Part shown: in pieces, positions 41,361 through 55,378 of the stretch
Layout of the letters: each line of letters starts with the position of its first letter
Numbering within the stretch: the stretch's first letter is position 1
NCBI GenBank assembly: GCA_951406725.2
Contig: OX597820.1
Location: forward strand, 97,588,001-97,652,000
Reading direction: 5' to 3'
Source of the DNA: Octopus vulgaris
Lineage: Eukaryota
DNA: 64,000 bases
Program-made: the position numbers and the translations under genes
Notes under the pieces: model-generated
What the model saw: the letters and a program-made list of their open reading frames with translations, nothing else
Told to the model about the DNA's origin: nothing
Databases searched by the model: none

Positions 41361-41942
41361 AAGGCGGCGAACTGGGAGAATCGTTAGCACGCCGGGCGAA
41401 ATGCTTAGCGGTATTTCGTCTGCCGCTACGTTCTGAGTTCAAATTCCACCGAGATCGACTTTGCCTTTCATCCTTTCGGGGTCGATTAAATAAGTACCAG
41501 TTACGCACTGGGGTCGATATAAATGACTTAATCCGTTTGTCTGTCCTTGTTTGTCCTCTCTGTGTTTAGCCCCTTGTGGGTAGTAAAGAAATAGGTATTT
41601 TGTCTGCCGCTACGTTCTGAGTTCAAATTCCGCCGAGGTCGACTTTGCCTTTCATCCTTTCGGGGTCGATTAAATAAGTGCCAGTTACGCACTGGGGTCG
41701 ATGTAATCGACTTAATCCGTTTGTCTGTTCTTGTTTGTCCCCTCTGTGTTTAGCCCCTTGTTGGTAGTAAAGAAATAGGTATTTCGTCTGTCTTTATATT
41801 CTGAGTTCAAATTCTGCCGAGGTCGAATTTGCCTTTTATCCTTTCAGAGTCGATAAATTAAGTACCAGTTGCGTACTGGGGTCAATCTAATGGACTGGCT
41901 CCCTCTCCACAAATTTCGTGCCTTGTACCTAGACTAAAAAAG
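41361..41942 (+). mobile_element. SINE family 2 composite: two 184-bp tail-A units inside a tail-B copy, one outer TSD
   Basis: Junctions GAAATA|GGTATTT at 41594 and 41778; GAATGACAAT at 41348-41357 and 41945-41954. Confidence 0.9.
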
Positions 41943-42044
41943 ACGAATGACAATTACATCACTTATGACAATTTCATCCAAACCATGGTCAAAGTAAATG
42001 TTTTATTCTAATTGACTAAACTGGTCGATGTGATATTCTTTTAT

Positions 42045-42385
42045 TTTTTTATTCGTTTCATTCATCTGGCTGCGGCCATGCTGGAGCACCGCCTTTAGTG
42101 GAACACATCGACCCCCCAGGACTTATTCCTTGTAAGCCTAGTACTTATTCTGTTAATCTCGCTAGGTTACGAGGACGTAAACACACCAACATCGGTTGTC
42201 AAGTGATGATGGGGGAAGAAAAACACACACACAAACTAACACACACACACACACACATGTATATATATACACAACGGGCTTCTTTCAGTTACCGTCTACG
42301 CGTCTTTGGTCGGCACGAGGCTATAGTAGAAGGCACTTGCCCAAGGTGCCACGCAGTGGGACCGAACCCGGAACCATTTGGTAGT
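42045..42385 (-). mobile_element. SINE family 1 with deletions
   Basis: TGCGGCCATGCTGGAGCACCGCCTTTAG tail through the head region. Confidence 0.85.
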
Positions 42386-43080
42386 AGTAATATTACTGTG
42401 CTAAACCTATAAAATATCATTTTAGAATCCTTGTTGCAGTTCATACATAAATTTCCTCTTCAGGTCGAAGTACGACAAGTCAAGTGTCTTGTTCAAGGCC
42501 AGAACAGAACGCAACGGCTGTCACAAGATAGAAAAAAAGTATCTCACAACTGACTGATGAGTGGAGAAAATGTGAAACTCTATCGCAAACGGCTGTCGTG
42601 CTTGCTTGTCAAGTGTCTAAAATAATGTTACCAATTAGAAAGTGAGATGTCAAGCAAGGATAGTGAGGTGGGTGAGTTTATGAGTAGGTTGAAGGTGCTT
42701 CAAGTCTTTTTTTCCTTTTCTTTTCAACACCTTTCAGCTGATAAAGTTTACCTTTGCTGATTAGCCTGTTTCATTACTCCACCTTACTAACTTACACGCG
42801 CTGACATCGTACTGCTTACGTTTCATTCATTTTATCTATCCATTAATTTATTTGTTCTTCGCTTATTATCATTCTTTCTTTATGTATTTGTACGTTCATT
42901 CATTCTTATTGTTGTTGTTGTTAGGTGTGGGAGGATAGTAGAATTGGTAAACTACAATAAAAATGGCCTTCAGAATTTGGTCATGTCCCATTATGTTCTG
43001 AATTCAAAGTTCTGAGTTCAAACCTTTCCGAAGACCACATTGTCTTACAATCATTATTCATTCATTATTTGCAATAAATA

Positions 43081-43285
43081 AAGCGGCGAGCTTTGTAGAA
43101 TCGCTTGCACGCCGAACAAAATACTTATTGACATTTCGTTCGTCTTCACGTCCAAATTCCGCCGAAGTCGACTTTGTCTTTCTTTCTTTCGGAGTCGATA
43201 AAATAAGTAACAGTTGAACACGGGTCGACCTAATTGACTTACCCCTCCTTCGATATTGCTGGCTTTGTGTCTAAATTTGAAACCA
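43081..43285 (+). mobile_element. SINE family 2, old tail-B copy
   Basis: Diverged head, core and tail. Confidence 0.75.
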
Positions 43286-43689
43286 CTGTAGAGTAATAAT
43301 TAAACTTATGCTCGTATCTCTCCGAATTAATTCCCTTGTTATATTCTTCTTTCGTTTTCCTTCATTACAGAAATGTTCAGCTCCTATTGTTAGTTTTCCA
43401 TATAAGTGTGTTTGTACGGCTTTTTTGGAAGGAACGTCGAACAAGCTTATTCTGAAGTCAGTTTCTCGCAACATTGATCATCGTTGTATGGGTTGTTCTT
43501 TTGTACGTGTTCTGTTCTTGTTGCACACGAAATCCAAATTAGATACTGTAAACTCACGCTCATACAAACACACAACTATTCACGTAAATACACACATACG
43601 CATATGCAGATACAAACGTGCACACACATCTATGCGTAATTAAATGCAGATGTTTCTTGAATTGTTAACCTGATTTATCTGTTATTCTT

Positions 43690-43890
43690 TATTTTTTTAC
43701 TTGCTTCAGTCATTGGACTACGGCTTAGTCGAACAAATCAACCGCAGGCATTTATTTTATAAACCCAGTACTTATTCCATAGCTCTCTTATGTCGAACCG
43801 CTAAACTACGGGGATATAAATAGTCTAACACGATCTATGAAGCAGTGTTGGGGAACAAACACAACACGAACACAAAGAAACATACCTATA
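43690..43890 (-). mobile_element. SINE family 1, 3' half, diverged
   Basis: CAGTACTTATTCCATAG...GAACCGCTAA. Confidence 0.7.
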
Positions 43891-43902
43891 TATATATACA
43901 TA

Positions 43903-44700
43903 TGATGTATTCTCTCGTCGTGGACGACAAGTGAGGGTTCAGTAAAATAAAGCAGTAATCATGTTCTCTGGACACAAATGCGTCCCCTGAGGCCTGCTGG
44001 TACCTTGCAAACGTTTTTGAGAAGTGGGAGTAGTTGAAGACTCAGTTTGTGGATCATTTACCAAGTGTTTTCTTGAATGGACAACATGCTTGCTTTGCTT
44101 CATGCCACAAACCCACGATGACATTTAGAAGAGCAGCATTTTGCCGGCGTGCATTCATAATTGCTCGAAGTTGGTCCCGATGTTGGAGTCGACTTTGCTC
44201 AAATCTTAGAACCGAGGAGAAGCAGGACTGGTGCCAAGTCCTGCGTTCTGATGCTTTGTTTTTCTAGTCTTTTAGTTTGCCTTTGAAGCGCAAGAGTGGC
44301 CATCCAACTGACCTTCCTGTTGGGAATTGGCCAAAAGAAGTTGCTTCGGAATTCTGTTATCACTCATTCGTGAGAGATGACCTGACCATCTAAGCTGTAT
44401 TTTGATGAGGATGGCTTCAATACCTGGTACGTTGCATTTTGTTTGCACCTCACTGTTTTGAATATGATCAATCAGTTTTATGTCGGTGGTAGTACGCAAG
44501 CATTGCATCTGATGAATGTCAAGCGGTTTGCTTTCCTGTGGGTATACATAAATATCTCATTTATTTCCCATAAGTATGCTCTGCTGATGAGGAAAAGCCA
44601 TTGGGCAAATCCAGGAATTGATCAATTCTATGTTGTTATTAATTTCCATTCGCTGGTTCCCTCGATTTCAACACAAGTGTAACTTTGTGATGATCGTCAA
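43903..44700 (-). mobile_element. RTE-clade LINE, 3' fragment
   Basis: QCLRT...PGIEAILIKIQLRWSGHLSRMSDNRIPKQLL and a terminal C..C zinc-knuckle-like region. Confidence 0.85.
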
Positions 44701-44859
44701 GGTGTTGAGACGATTTAGCATCTTTTTTCAGCTAATGGGCTAGAGTTTTTTCTATGCCCTTAATTATAATTATATATATAATTATAATTATAATTGTATA
44801 TATGACCTTAACAGGTCTATTTTTATATACTGACCATTGATGAAATTTAAAAAAAAATG

Positions 44860-44913
<54 letters not shown>

Positions 44914-45779
44914 GTTATTATTATTATTATTATTATTGTTGTTGTTGTTGTTGTTGTTATTATTATATGTATATACACACACATATATTATATATATAGA
45001 CACACACATATAGATAGATATACACACACATATATATATACAGCTAGAGATGTACATATATATAGATAAATATTTACATGCACACACACACATATATGTA
45101 TGTATAGATAGACAGATAAATAGATAGACAGATAGATTGATACACATACATATATATAATATACAATACATGCACACTCAGACACACATACACACATATA
45201 TCGTATACGCATACATACATACATGCAGACACGCATACAAACATACACATGCACATACATACATGAAGATATCTAAGAGAGCTGTATTAATGACTACATG
45301 TCAGGTTCGGCTTGATAATTAAACGGAAAATACCTGATAACCTAGATTTTCGTTTATCAAATAAAATAAATACAGAAAATAATACAGAAAAAAAATAAAC
45401 AAAATTCGAAAGTAAAAAGAAATAGTGAAAAATAACAAAACAAAGCAGAAGCAGTTAAACTAAAGAGACAGCAAAAAAATTGCTTTGCGCTTTTTCGTCC
45501 TTGCCATGTTTTAAAGACTACGCACCTTTAATCGGTACACCTTAAATTAATAAGCTCTTAGTAATTGAGGCAACTTTATCTGTAATTTCTAGTAGTCGAC
45601 ACATACTTTGGCCATAAGCCTCGTTCTATCTAACCGGACTTCCACCCACGACGACGATCAGTTCCATCCCATCATCACCAATCATCACTGACAAACGCCT
45701 ACAACCGACCATCATCATCATCATCATCATCATCATCGTCGTCGTCGTGATTATCGTCGTTGCTGACGTTGTCGTCGTT

Positions 45780-45810
<31 letters not shown>

Positions 45811-45924
45811 ACACAACCTCCGGCACGTTTCATTATTTTCGGATCCTCACCGGCTTCTTCTACAAGAATATGCATACACACATATATACGTAGGCACCCT
45901 CATAGATGGATGTGTGTAGGCGTA

Positions 45925-46253
45925 TATATATATATAAACATATTTATATATCCTCATGTATAACCTATATATATCTATATGCATTAGGTATATATATATA
46001 TATATGATACACAACCGTGTCTATACATACACGCATACGTATATACACATATATGTATATATGTTTATACATAGAGTCAATGAGAGAGGGAGAGAGAAAT
46101 AGACTGGTATATATGTGTGTGTGTATATATATATATATGCATATATACGAAATATACATGTATATATATATATACATATATATATATATACATACATATA
46201 CATATACATACATATATATATATAAATATATATATATGTATATATCTATATAA

Positions 46254-46297
<44 letters not shown>

Positions 46298-46509
46298 ATA
46301 TATATATATATATATACATATATATATGTATGCATATATACTGCTATGTATGTATTACATATTTATACACGGAGATTTCCGTTTCACTTATTTTCTCAAA
46401 TAACATTTGCGAATATCTTATTGTTTTAATTAAACTTTTGTTTTCATCTACTTTTTCTTACCTTAAATATTTATGTGTGTGTATGACTGTGTGAGTGTGT
46501 GTCTATGGA

Positions 46510-46575
<66 letters not shown>

Positions 46576-46631
46576 TATTTTATATATATATATATATGTA
46601 TTATATTATATATATATATATTATATCTATC

Positions 46632-46681
<50 letters not shown>

Positions 46682-46791
46682 CACACACATATATAAAGCT
46701 ATATATATTTATATATGTTTATGTGTGTATGTGTGGATTTCTATACACACATCCACATTTATACATCTAAACACATGTAAACACACACTCA

Positions 46792-46851
<60 letters not shown>

Positions 46852-46967
46852 AACACTTCTTGTTTCTACGTTTCCTCTGTGAATGAAATCTCGTTATACC
46901 AAAACTTAATATTGCAGAAATTTAACAGTTCCATTATGAACAACTATACACGCGCGCACTCACGCAG

Positions 46968-47060
<93 letters not shown>

Positions 47061-47133
47061 CCCACACACACCCATACACAGACGCACCCACACACACGCA
47101 TACGCACACACACACACACACATAGACACAGAA

Positions 47134-47186
<53 letters not shown>

Positions 47187-47195
47187 TACACATAT
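45925..47195. repeat. Large degenerate (TA)n/(CA)n field
   Basis: Seen directly. Confidence 0.9.
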
Positions 47196-47534
47196 AATGT
47201 AATTCACGTTATTTAGCCGTCTCTGGAATTTCCTGCTGAAATTTGACTCGCCCCATGAAGTACCATCTTGTGTTATTAGTGAACACAAAGCAATCAGCTG
47301 GTCACACTTGGTTTGCTTTTGCGTTCTGGGTTCTTGCGCCTACTATATCATACCATATGTGTTGCAATTTCTTAATTCCTGAAAATACAATAATTTTAAA
47401 GAATTATTCTGTTTTCTTTTTATGCCATAATATCACGTAAAAGAAAAGCGATATCACATTACAAATTAAAGATTGTGAAAAAAGAAAAAAATATGCATGC
47501 GTTAAAATCGAAGTAATGTTGCATAATAATAATA

Positions 47535-48295
47535 ATCCTTTTCTACTAAAGACACAAGGCCTGAAATCTATCGGGGGGTATGGGATAGTAGATTACATCG
47601 ACCCCAGTGTTCCACTGGTACTTGATTTATCGACTCCGAAAGGATAAAAGGCAAAATCGACCTCGGCAGAATTTGAACTCAGAACGTAGCGACGAGCGAA
47701 ATACCTATTTCTTTACTGCCCACAAGGGGCTACACACAGAGGGGACAAACAAGAACAGACAAACGGATTAAGTCGATTATATCGACCCCAGTGCGTAACT
47801 GGTACTTAATTTATCGACCCTGAAAGGATGACAGGCAAAGTCGGCCTCGGCGGAATTTGAACTCAGAACGTAGCGGCAGACGAAATACCTATTTCTTTAC
47901 TACCCACAAGGGGCTACACACAGAGGGGACAAACAAGGACAGACAAACAGATTAAGTCGATTATATCGACCCCAGTGCGTAACTGGTACTTATTTAATCG
48001 ACCCCGAAAGGATGACAGGCAAAGTCGACCTCGGCGGAATTTGAACTCAGAACGTAGCGGCAGACGAAATACCTATTTCTTTATTACCCACAAGGGGCTA
48101 AACACTGAGAGGACAAACAAGGATAGACAAACGGATTAAGTCGATTATATCGACCCCAGTGCGTAACTGGTACTTATTTAATCGACCCCGAAAGGATAAA
48201 ATCAATGTCGGCCTCGGCAGAATTTGAACTCAGAACGTAGCAGCAGACGAAATACCGCTAAGCATTTCGTCCAGCGTGCTAACGATTCTGCCTGC
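47535..48295 (-). mobile_element. SINE family 2 composite: three 184-bp tail-A units inside a tail-B copy
   Basis: Junctions AAATACC|TATTTCTTTA at 47705, 47889 and 48073. Confidence 0.9.
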
Positions 48296-48329
48296 TAACG
48301 ATTATGATGATATTAATAATAGTAATTAT

Positions 48330-48526
48330 TTCTACCCTAGGCACAAGGTGAGGGGGAAGTCGATTACATCGACTCCAGTGCGTAACTGGTACTTATTTCA
48401 TCGACCCCGAAGAGATGAAAGGCAAAGTCGACACCGGCGGAATTTGAATTCAGAATGTAACGATGAGCGAAATATCGCTAAGCATTCCACCAGACATGCT
48501 AACGATTCTGCCAGCTCGTCGCCTTA
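48330..48526 (-). mobile_element. SINE family 2, tail B
   Basis: Full head (GCCAGCTCGTCGCCTT on the plus strand). Confidence 0.85.
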
Positions 48527-48585
48527 ATAATATTAGTAATCATAACAACAACAACAACAGCAACAACAACAACAACAACAACAAC

Positions 48586-48617
<32 letters not shown>

Positions 48618-49029
48618 TAATTATTTGCACTATTAACTTTAAAGACATAATGAATCAATTTTAATGCAAAATTCAAGAGAGCATAACGCTCTCCAATCGA
48701 CATACACACGCCATAAAATTATGGAAATATAGAAATAATGTTAATGGTTTGGGTAAATGATTTTCTTACAGCGTTATTTGCCACTGTTCGAAACCATTGA
48801 CCACTAATAGGCATTAGATTCAGAAATCAGTCGAAGCATGAAGAATCTGAGAATGTCCCTGAAGTCTTTGTTACTACTCGTAGATGTTTCAAACTTCCTG
48901 TAGAGTTTTAAACTTCTATTGATATCATCTCATTAGCATTCGGGTTGAGTAATAAGAGAAATTAGCATCTGCTGATATCCAGATTGCATCGGAGTTTCCA
49001 GCCTAATTGAAATGTTTTATAGAAAGGGG

Positions 49030-49070
<41 letters not shown>

Positions 49071-49499
49071 GCTAGCAGTATAGCCCGGCGTTTCTCGGGT
49101 TTGTTTTTTTAGTTGCGCTTAAAACGGCAGACTTTGATGTCGCGTTAACAAAGTTTTGACATAGTTTCAATCTTTTTTGAAAAGTAAAAATTTGGCTTTA
49201 TGTAGCTTGTTATCCTCTTTAAGTGAACATTTATCTGGTTGAAATACACCGAAAAATGGCGACACAGCAATCAAAAAATCGTAAGAAATATTGATTTTCA
49301 TAGAAAGAAAGCACCTTTCTGATGTAAATAATTTTTGGTTTTAACATGGTCCGATTTGAATTTTTTCTTCTACGGAATGAAGAGCAAACCTTCTTCTATC
49401 ATACTCTCAATTTTGATCAACTTTGTGCCGCAGGGTCTCGGAAGAGATAGTGTTAGTTGAAGGCTACTAAACCTGCCACACACACAGATAACTTCAGCT

Positions 49500-49510
<11 letters not shown>
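49071..49510 (-). mobile_element. Non-autonomous Helitron
   Basis: Minus-strand 3' end has a GC hairpin CCCG-AGAAACGC-CGGG followed by ...CTAG; the 5' end has ATAAAGCTGAAG followed by a (TG) tract; inserted in (TA)n. Confidence 0.72.
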
Positions 49511-49540
<30 letters not shown>

Positions 49541-49543
<3 letters not shown>

Positions 49544-49704
49544 CTTTTTATTCTATCTCTGTTTATTCCCTCGTGTTCCTTTCTGTTGAAGAGCGTAGGC
49601 TCGAAACGTAAAAGACTTCCTCACCTTCCCGAGCGTCAAACTATTACACCTACTTGTTGTTTATACACTCGTTTTCGTCTTTTGTTTTTCTGTAAATCTC
49701 AACT
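49541..49704 (+). mobile_element. Hammerhead-like pLTR repeat, family P1 (best copy)
   Basis: CTTT-CTGTTGA-A-GAGC-GTAG-GCTC-GAAA-CG-TA-AAAG at 49579-49614; (TA)n on both sides. Confidence 0.75.
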
Positions 49705-49724
49705 ATATATATATGTATACATAC

Positions 49725-49765
<41 letters not shown>

Positions 49766-49962
49766 CATACATACATACATACGTACATACATATAGCGGT
49801 CTTGTTCTCAGCTTGATAAATGGCGAAATGAATGTTATTTCGACCAGGAAACTCTGGGTATCTGTATTTAACAAGATTTGTGGCTTTTTTTTTTATCATA
49901 ACATCATCTTTACTTTCTTAGCTGATCGTGTCCTTTTCTACTTGCTGTCTCATTACCATATA

Positions 49963-50044
<82 letters not shown>

Positions 50045-51254
50045 TCAAGTATTAATGATGACGACTGTCCACTAGTTTGGAAATGCTTACTCTTTTAAAG
50101 GATGGGAAAAGGCGTCAAGGATATAAAGAAGTAAAAGACCGTTTCCCATTGTTGTAAGGAGTAAATGCCACAGGAGGGCATTTACTTGTTTACTATTTCA
50201 ATACTCCAAGAACAATGAAAGATATCCCCAGTCTAGTCTACCTATTATATGGAAAACTTACAGAAAATCTTAGCTTACTCAGCATGTTCATGGAATGATA
50301 TCTTTTTACTTTTTACTTGTTTCAATCACTGGGCTGCGGTCATGCTGGGGCACCCGGTATGTTTGACATTTTTACCCTGGTTGTCAAACGTTGCTTGAGG
50401 AATAGTTTCGAGCCCAAATCACTTCTATCGAAACATACGTACCTAATGAAGTTATTCTCAATGCACCAAATAAAATTCCACTTTTACAGCTTAGGCGTAA
50501 GTGTGGTATTTCAGTTTTTAAGGCATATTAGCCAACAAGAATGTGTAAGTCAGTTGATTATAACGATTGATGATAAGCACAATTCGTCAAAAAATTCCGG
50601 AAAAATTACATTATGCAGACAACACAACTTACCAAAGATGTCTGAGACGTAACTGTTGCTGAGGAAGGGCAATGCACGCTGAAATCACGTGATGAAACAA
50701 TTTCACCACTGGTGCTTGGCATTTCTCATCCACTACTAATATCTCAGTGATTTTGTACACTAGACACCTATACGAGATACTTTCTCAAGGAGAATACTGT
50801 AGTAATACGGCGCTCCTATAATACATCTGCGTTAAATGGGATAGAAAGGTTGCCATTCGATACTAATAATGTTTCCGTTGCTGATATCTAATTATTAAAT
50901 ATCTATGTTTCATTAGGGTTTGAAAATAATTATGTCCAAATGAAAGACCATATGATAGAAGAGGAACAATCTTTACCAGCGATAGCCTTGTATTAATAGA
51001 ACAGGAAGTAGGAGTTGAAGAAGTGGATACAAGTAATATTCAGGACTCCTTGTATGCAAATAATGAGATCCCCACCTTTACCTTTAATCACTTTTAGGTG
51101 TTAATAAAACTACAAATTCAGAGAGCGAAGAGACTGATGCACAGTAAAAAAAATAAATAAAAATAAAAAATACAAAAATGGTGAAATAACTCGCGATTTT
51201 GAGTGACTTTCAGTAAAGGATCAAAATTTTGAACGAAGCATGAATTTCAATATA

Positions 51255-51575
51255 TTTAACTGGCATTTCGTCAGTTACGACGACGAGGATTCTAGGTGAA
51301 ACGATTAATAGAGCAACCTGCTTCCGAAACTAACGTGCAGATGGCTGAGTACTCCACAGTCACGCATACCCTTAACGTAGTTGTCAAGGAGGTGCAGCGT
51401 GACACAGAATGCGACAAAGCTATCCTTTTTGAATTATAGGTACTGCTGATTTTTGCCAGCTGGGTGGACTGGAGCAACGTGAAAAAAAATGTCTTGCTCA
51501 AGGACACACCGCGCCGTCTGGAATCGAACTGAGGACTTTACGATCGGGAGCCGATTACCTTAACCATAAGCCATT
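51255..51575 (-). mobile_element. tRNA-derived SINE, family 4 (CORE-like central domain)
   Basis: Minus strand GGCTTATGGTTAAGG...CAGTTCGATTCC then GTGTCCTTGAGCAAGACA; decayed relatives of its tail at ~1820-1940 and ~24435-24580. Confidence 0.75.
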
Positions 51576-51905
51576 TATAATGGCAGAGATGAAAAATTAG
51601 ATCGTTCGCAACAAGACAAAGCAGCCAAAACTTTAACGCATTGTTTTAGAATGAAAATAAAAATCTAACAGAACCAGTATTACGCCATATTTATTTCTAT
51701 TGTCTCGTGATTTTTTTTTTTTACTTGTTGTGTAAACTGAAGGAAGTATGTATATATGGGTTTTCATTGAACTGCAGATAGCTTTATTAAAAAGTATTTC
51801 CTTCAACACACACGTATAAATAGACATACATTTACACATATATACACATACACACACTCATGCGCGCGCACACACTCTCTCTTTTCTCTCCCTCTCTTTC
51901 TCGCT

Positions 51906-51942
<37 letters not shown>

Positions 51943-52226
51943 TATATGTTTGTTTTCACGTGAGGTTATATATAAATTTACTCAACAATAAACTGAAAGA
52001 TTACTCAATACTTTTTTGTAGAGTATATATTTATTTATTTATTCTTAAAAGGAAAAGACATAGCTTTCAAGAATGTTTAAATCGGTTGAATACAATGGCT
52101 AACGATAATGATTACAACGACACTATTACAGTTACACATCAATTTACATTCAGTGATGTCGAAGTTTCCGCTTGCATACAGTTATCAAGCTGAAACTTTG
52201 AAGTCACTGCCGAACTTTTCCTTATA

Positions 52227-52326
<100 letters not shown>

Positions 52327-52516
52327 GAAGAAAAAAAAACAACAACCAAAAGACGAAGACAGGTGGTGTACAAAACAAACAGATGTATTAGTATAACGCT
52401 CAGGAATAGAAAAAGTCTTTTACGTTTCGAGCCTACGCTCTTCTACAGAAAGGGACACAGAAAAAAACAAGGAGAGAAAAAAATGTGTGTAGTGGCTAAC
52501 GATCTATCATGGCGAC

Positions 52517-52517
<1 letters not shown>
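52327..52517 (-). mobile_element. Hammerhead-like pLTR repeat, P1 subfamily
   Basis: Minus strand CTTT-CTGTAGA-A-GAGC-GTAG-GCTC-GAAA-CG-TA-AAAG (52417-52452); highly similar to 38855-39051. Confidence 0.75.
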
Positions 52518-52567
<50 letters not shown>

Positions 52568-52617
52568 CAGTGTGTGTGTGTGTTTTTGTGTGAGTGTGTA
52601 TGTATATATATGCTTGT

Positions 52618-52718
52618 AATTTATGATTTCAATGGAGGCAATAGCAACAGAAAACTAGCGGTACATGCAATGTTCCTCTAGTTTTCTACTGGTATTGTCT
52701 CCATTGAAACCACAAATT
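52618..52718. repeat. 41-bp-arm imperfect hairpin
   Basis: 52618-52658 versus 52678-52718, about 6 mismatches, 19-nt loop. Confidence 0.85.
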
Positions 52719-53310
52719 GGAAATTAGCTCAATTAGAGTGCTTTATTTCTAGCCTGTTTCTGGGTATTGTTAAACTTAACAACCTCTACTTAAAATTGTA
52801 TAATTTATATATGCTTGTATGCATATATACATGTTCGTATGTGTATGGGGATATTCGAGATCTACTGTATCTCAAATAAGTGTGTATTTTGTTCAGTAGT
52901 GAAAAGAACTTATTTGCATACAATGATATACCACCGTGTGATATCGAAGTTTCTAATATCAAAATAACGCGTGTGCGTGCACAAACACACACATACACAC
53001 ACACATATATATCTATATCGTGTGTTAAGTTTAGAGCTCCATGTAGATCATAATCGTGTAGCCTACTTGGTTAAACACAACTGTTATACTTAGTAGTATT
53101 AAAAGTTATAATAGGCAGAGCAAATATAGGAGAAATTACGATAAACACAAGTATATATAACTTGCACCTACGTACGCTTCATGGTTGTTCTATGGTTGTT
53201 AGAACTCTGCAGTGGATGTTCTAAGTGCAATTGGATGCTTAACCACAAAGAGTTCCCTGATGATCTGGTGTGCATCGTAATTTTCATATCTATCTGCCTG
53301 CCTGCCTGCC

Positions 53311-53372
<62 letters not shown>

Positions 53373-53395
53373 CCTGCCTGTCTGTCTGTCTTCTA

Positions 53396-53435
<40 letters not shown>

Positions 53436-54566
53436 GCTATCTATCTATCTGTCGCTCTCTCTATCTATCTACCTTTTACCAATTCAAATGTGCTTGAGAT
53501 ACATTCGGATCGGCAAGGAACACATTCACTATATTTTGTCTTGCAAGAAAATTATCGCAATCACTAGCCAAATTGATCGACGCATACATTTCGGGGCAGT
53601 TATCTCTTCGGCAACATCAAACGCTAGAAAAGGTGACACTAAGAATTGACAAGGAGAAAACGGCTCTCTCTTATTCTCTCTTATTATATTCCACTCATTG
53701 TACTGTGATTGGTTGCACTAATCGTAGGTCTGGCTGTTATATAATACAGATTAGGAACGCTAAGCAGTGATGTACACACACACGTGTGTGTATATGTATG
53801 AACATGCGTTCAAAATATTGTCGAACGTAATGAGACGGAATTGTATGTCAGTTACAATGGGGCTTGGAATCAGAGCATAAAAAAACAAACAAAAAGCAGA
53901 AACATAAAAAGCAAAACAAAACAAAAGAATTGGAACTCAGCAACGTTATTCTGTTAATTTCTTTCTCTATATTGTCTCTTAATTGGCCGCCATTACAATT
54001 TTTTATGTAATCATGTTTTGATTTGATATACTTTTATATAGTTCAATAATGTTTCCTCCGTATGTGCGTATATGTGTATGCGTACAGGTGAATGTGTCTG
54101 TATATGTGTCTATCTGTTTGTCTGTGTGTATTATTTATTTATTTATTTATTTATTTATCTCTCCTTGATACAATGTCCCTGTTACACTTCTCTTCTGGTA
54201 ATCACTGATCTTATCATGATATTATATCGATAATTGATAAAACTTCAACCACTTACACTTTGAACACTTTCGTGTTAGTTTATTATTATTATTATTTCAT
54301 TTTATTTTATTTTTATTATAGATTTTTTAGTTTGGTGTGCTTCGCCACGCATACACACATACAAACACATATATAATGCGCATACAAATATATCCAGACA
54401 TTTATGCTCACATACACATATACATTCAATTGTGATCCTTCAATTCACACTTTTATATAACAACGAAGAGTCAAACCCTTCATCCCCTACTCCATCCCTA
54501 CTACACTTTTATCCTCTAGCTTTTTCCTTTACCTTACACCTTTCTCCCTTCTCCAAAATATCATCA

Positions 54567-54679
<113 letters not shown>

Positions 54680-55109
54680 TTCAACTGACCGTAACCAGTT
54701 GAGCATGTCTCTTGCTGGCTGACGATATATGCATCTCTGATGACGAGCAGAAGTAGTGGTTGAGCATCATAGCCGCATGTAGAGAGGAATTCTTAAGGAT
54801 TTGAATAATTCACCACAGGAAACATGGATGTTTCGTTCAACATCCTTAAACAACTCTTATTCGGGGACCTTTTTAGTGGGATGGGGTACTCGACCTGAAG
54901 AAAATTCTAACTGCCACTCTTCTGCATGGTCATGCGCTGTTTATCTTGATATGAGATCACCATGTCGTGCACATATGGTTGTGATGCATGTGTCTGGTGT
55001 ACCCATATCAGACGAGTCGTCATGATGGATATATTGGGCTTCATATATTTTACCCCAGTGTCACTTTGATGGTGTGCACTGCCCTCTCACTCAATAATAA
55101 TAATAATAA

Positions 55110-55378
55110 TTTCTTTACTGCCACAAGGGGCTAAACATAAAGGGGGCAAACAAGGACAGAAAAAGGAATTAAGTCGATTACATCCACCCCAGTGGGAAAC
55201 GGGTACTTTATTTAACGACCCCGAAAGGATGAAAGGCAAAGTCGACCTCGGCGGAATTCTGAGTTCAAATTCCGCCGAGGTCGACTTTGCCTTTCATCCT
55301 ATCGACCCCGTAACAGCAGACGAAATACGGCTACGCATTTCGCCCGGCGTGCTAACGTTTCTGCCAGCTCACCGCCTT
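55110..55378 (-). mobile_element. SINE family 2, tail A, with an internal inverted duplication
   Basis: 33-bp perfect arms at 55226-55258 and 55268-55300. Confidence 0.9.

Noticed and set aside
45626-45881. Acidic poly-D ORF with an AG acceptor-like site
   Set aside because: It is explained by an (ATC)n/(GTC)n microsatellite and has no supporting domain.
41361-48295. Regularly spaced repeats resembling a CRISPR array
   Set aside because: The units are contiguous 184-bp SINE bodies with no unique spacers, there are no cas genes, and the context is eukaryotic.
54680-55095. CTGATGA at ~54737 in an island between (TTA)n and (AAT)n
   Set aside because: No correctly placed GAAA or stems follow; it is probably a retroposon 3' region but cannot be classified from one copy.
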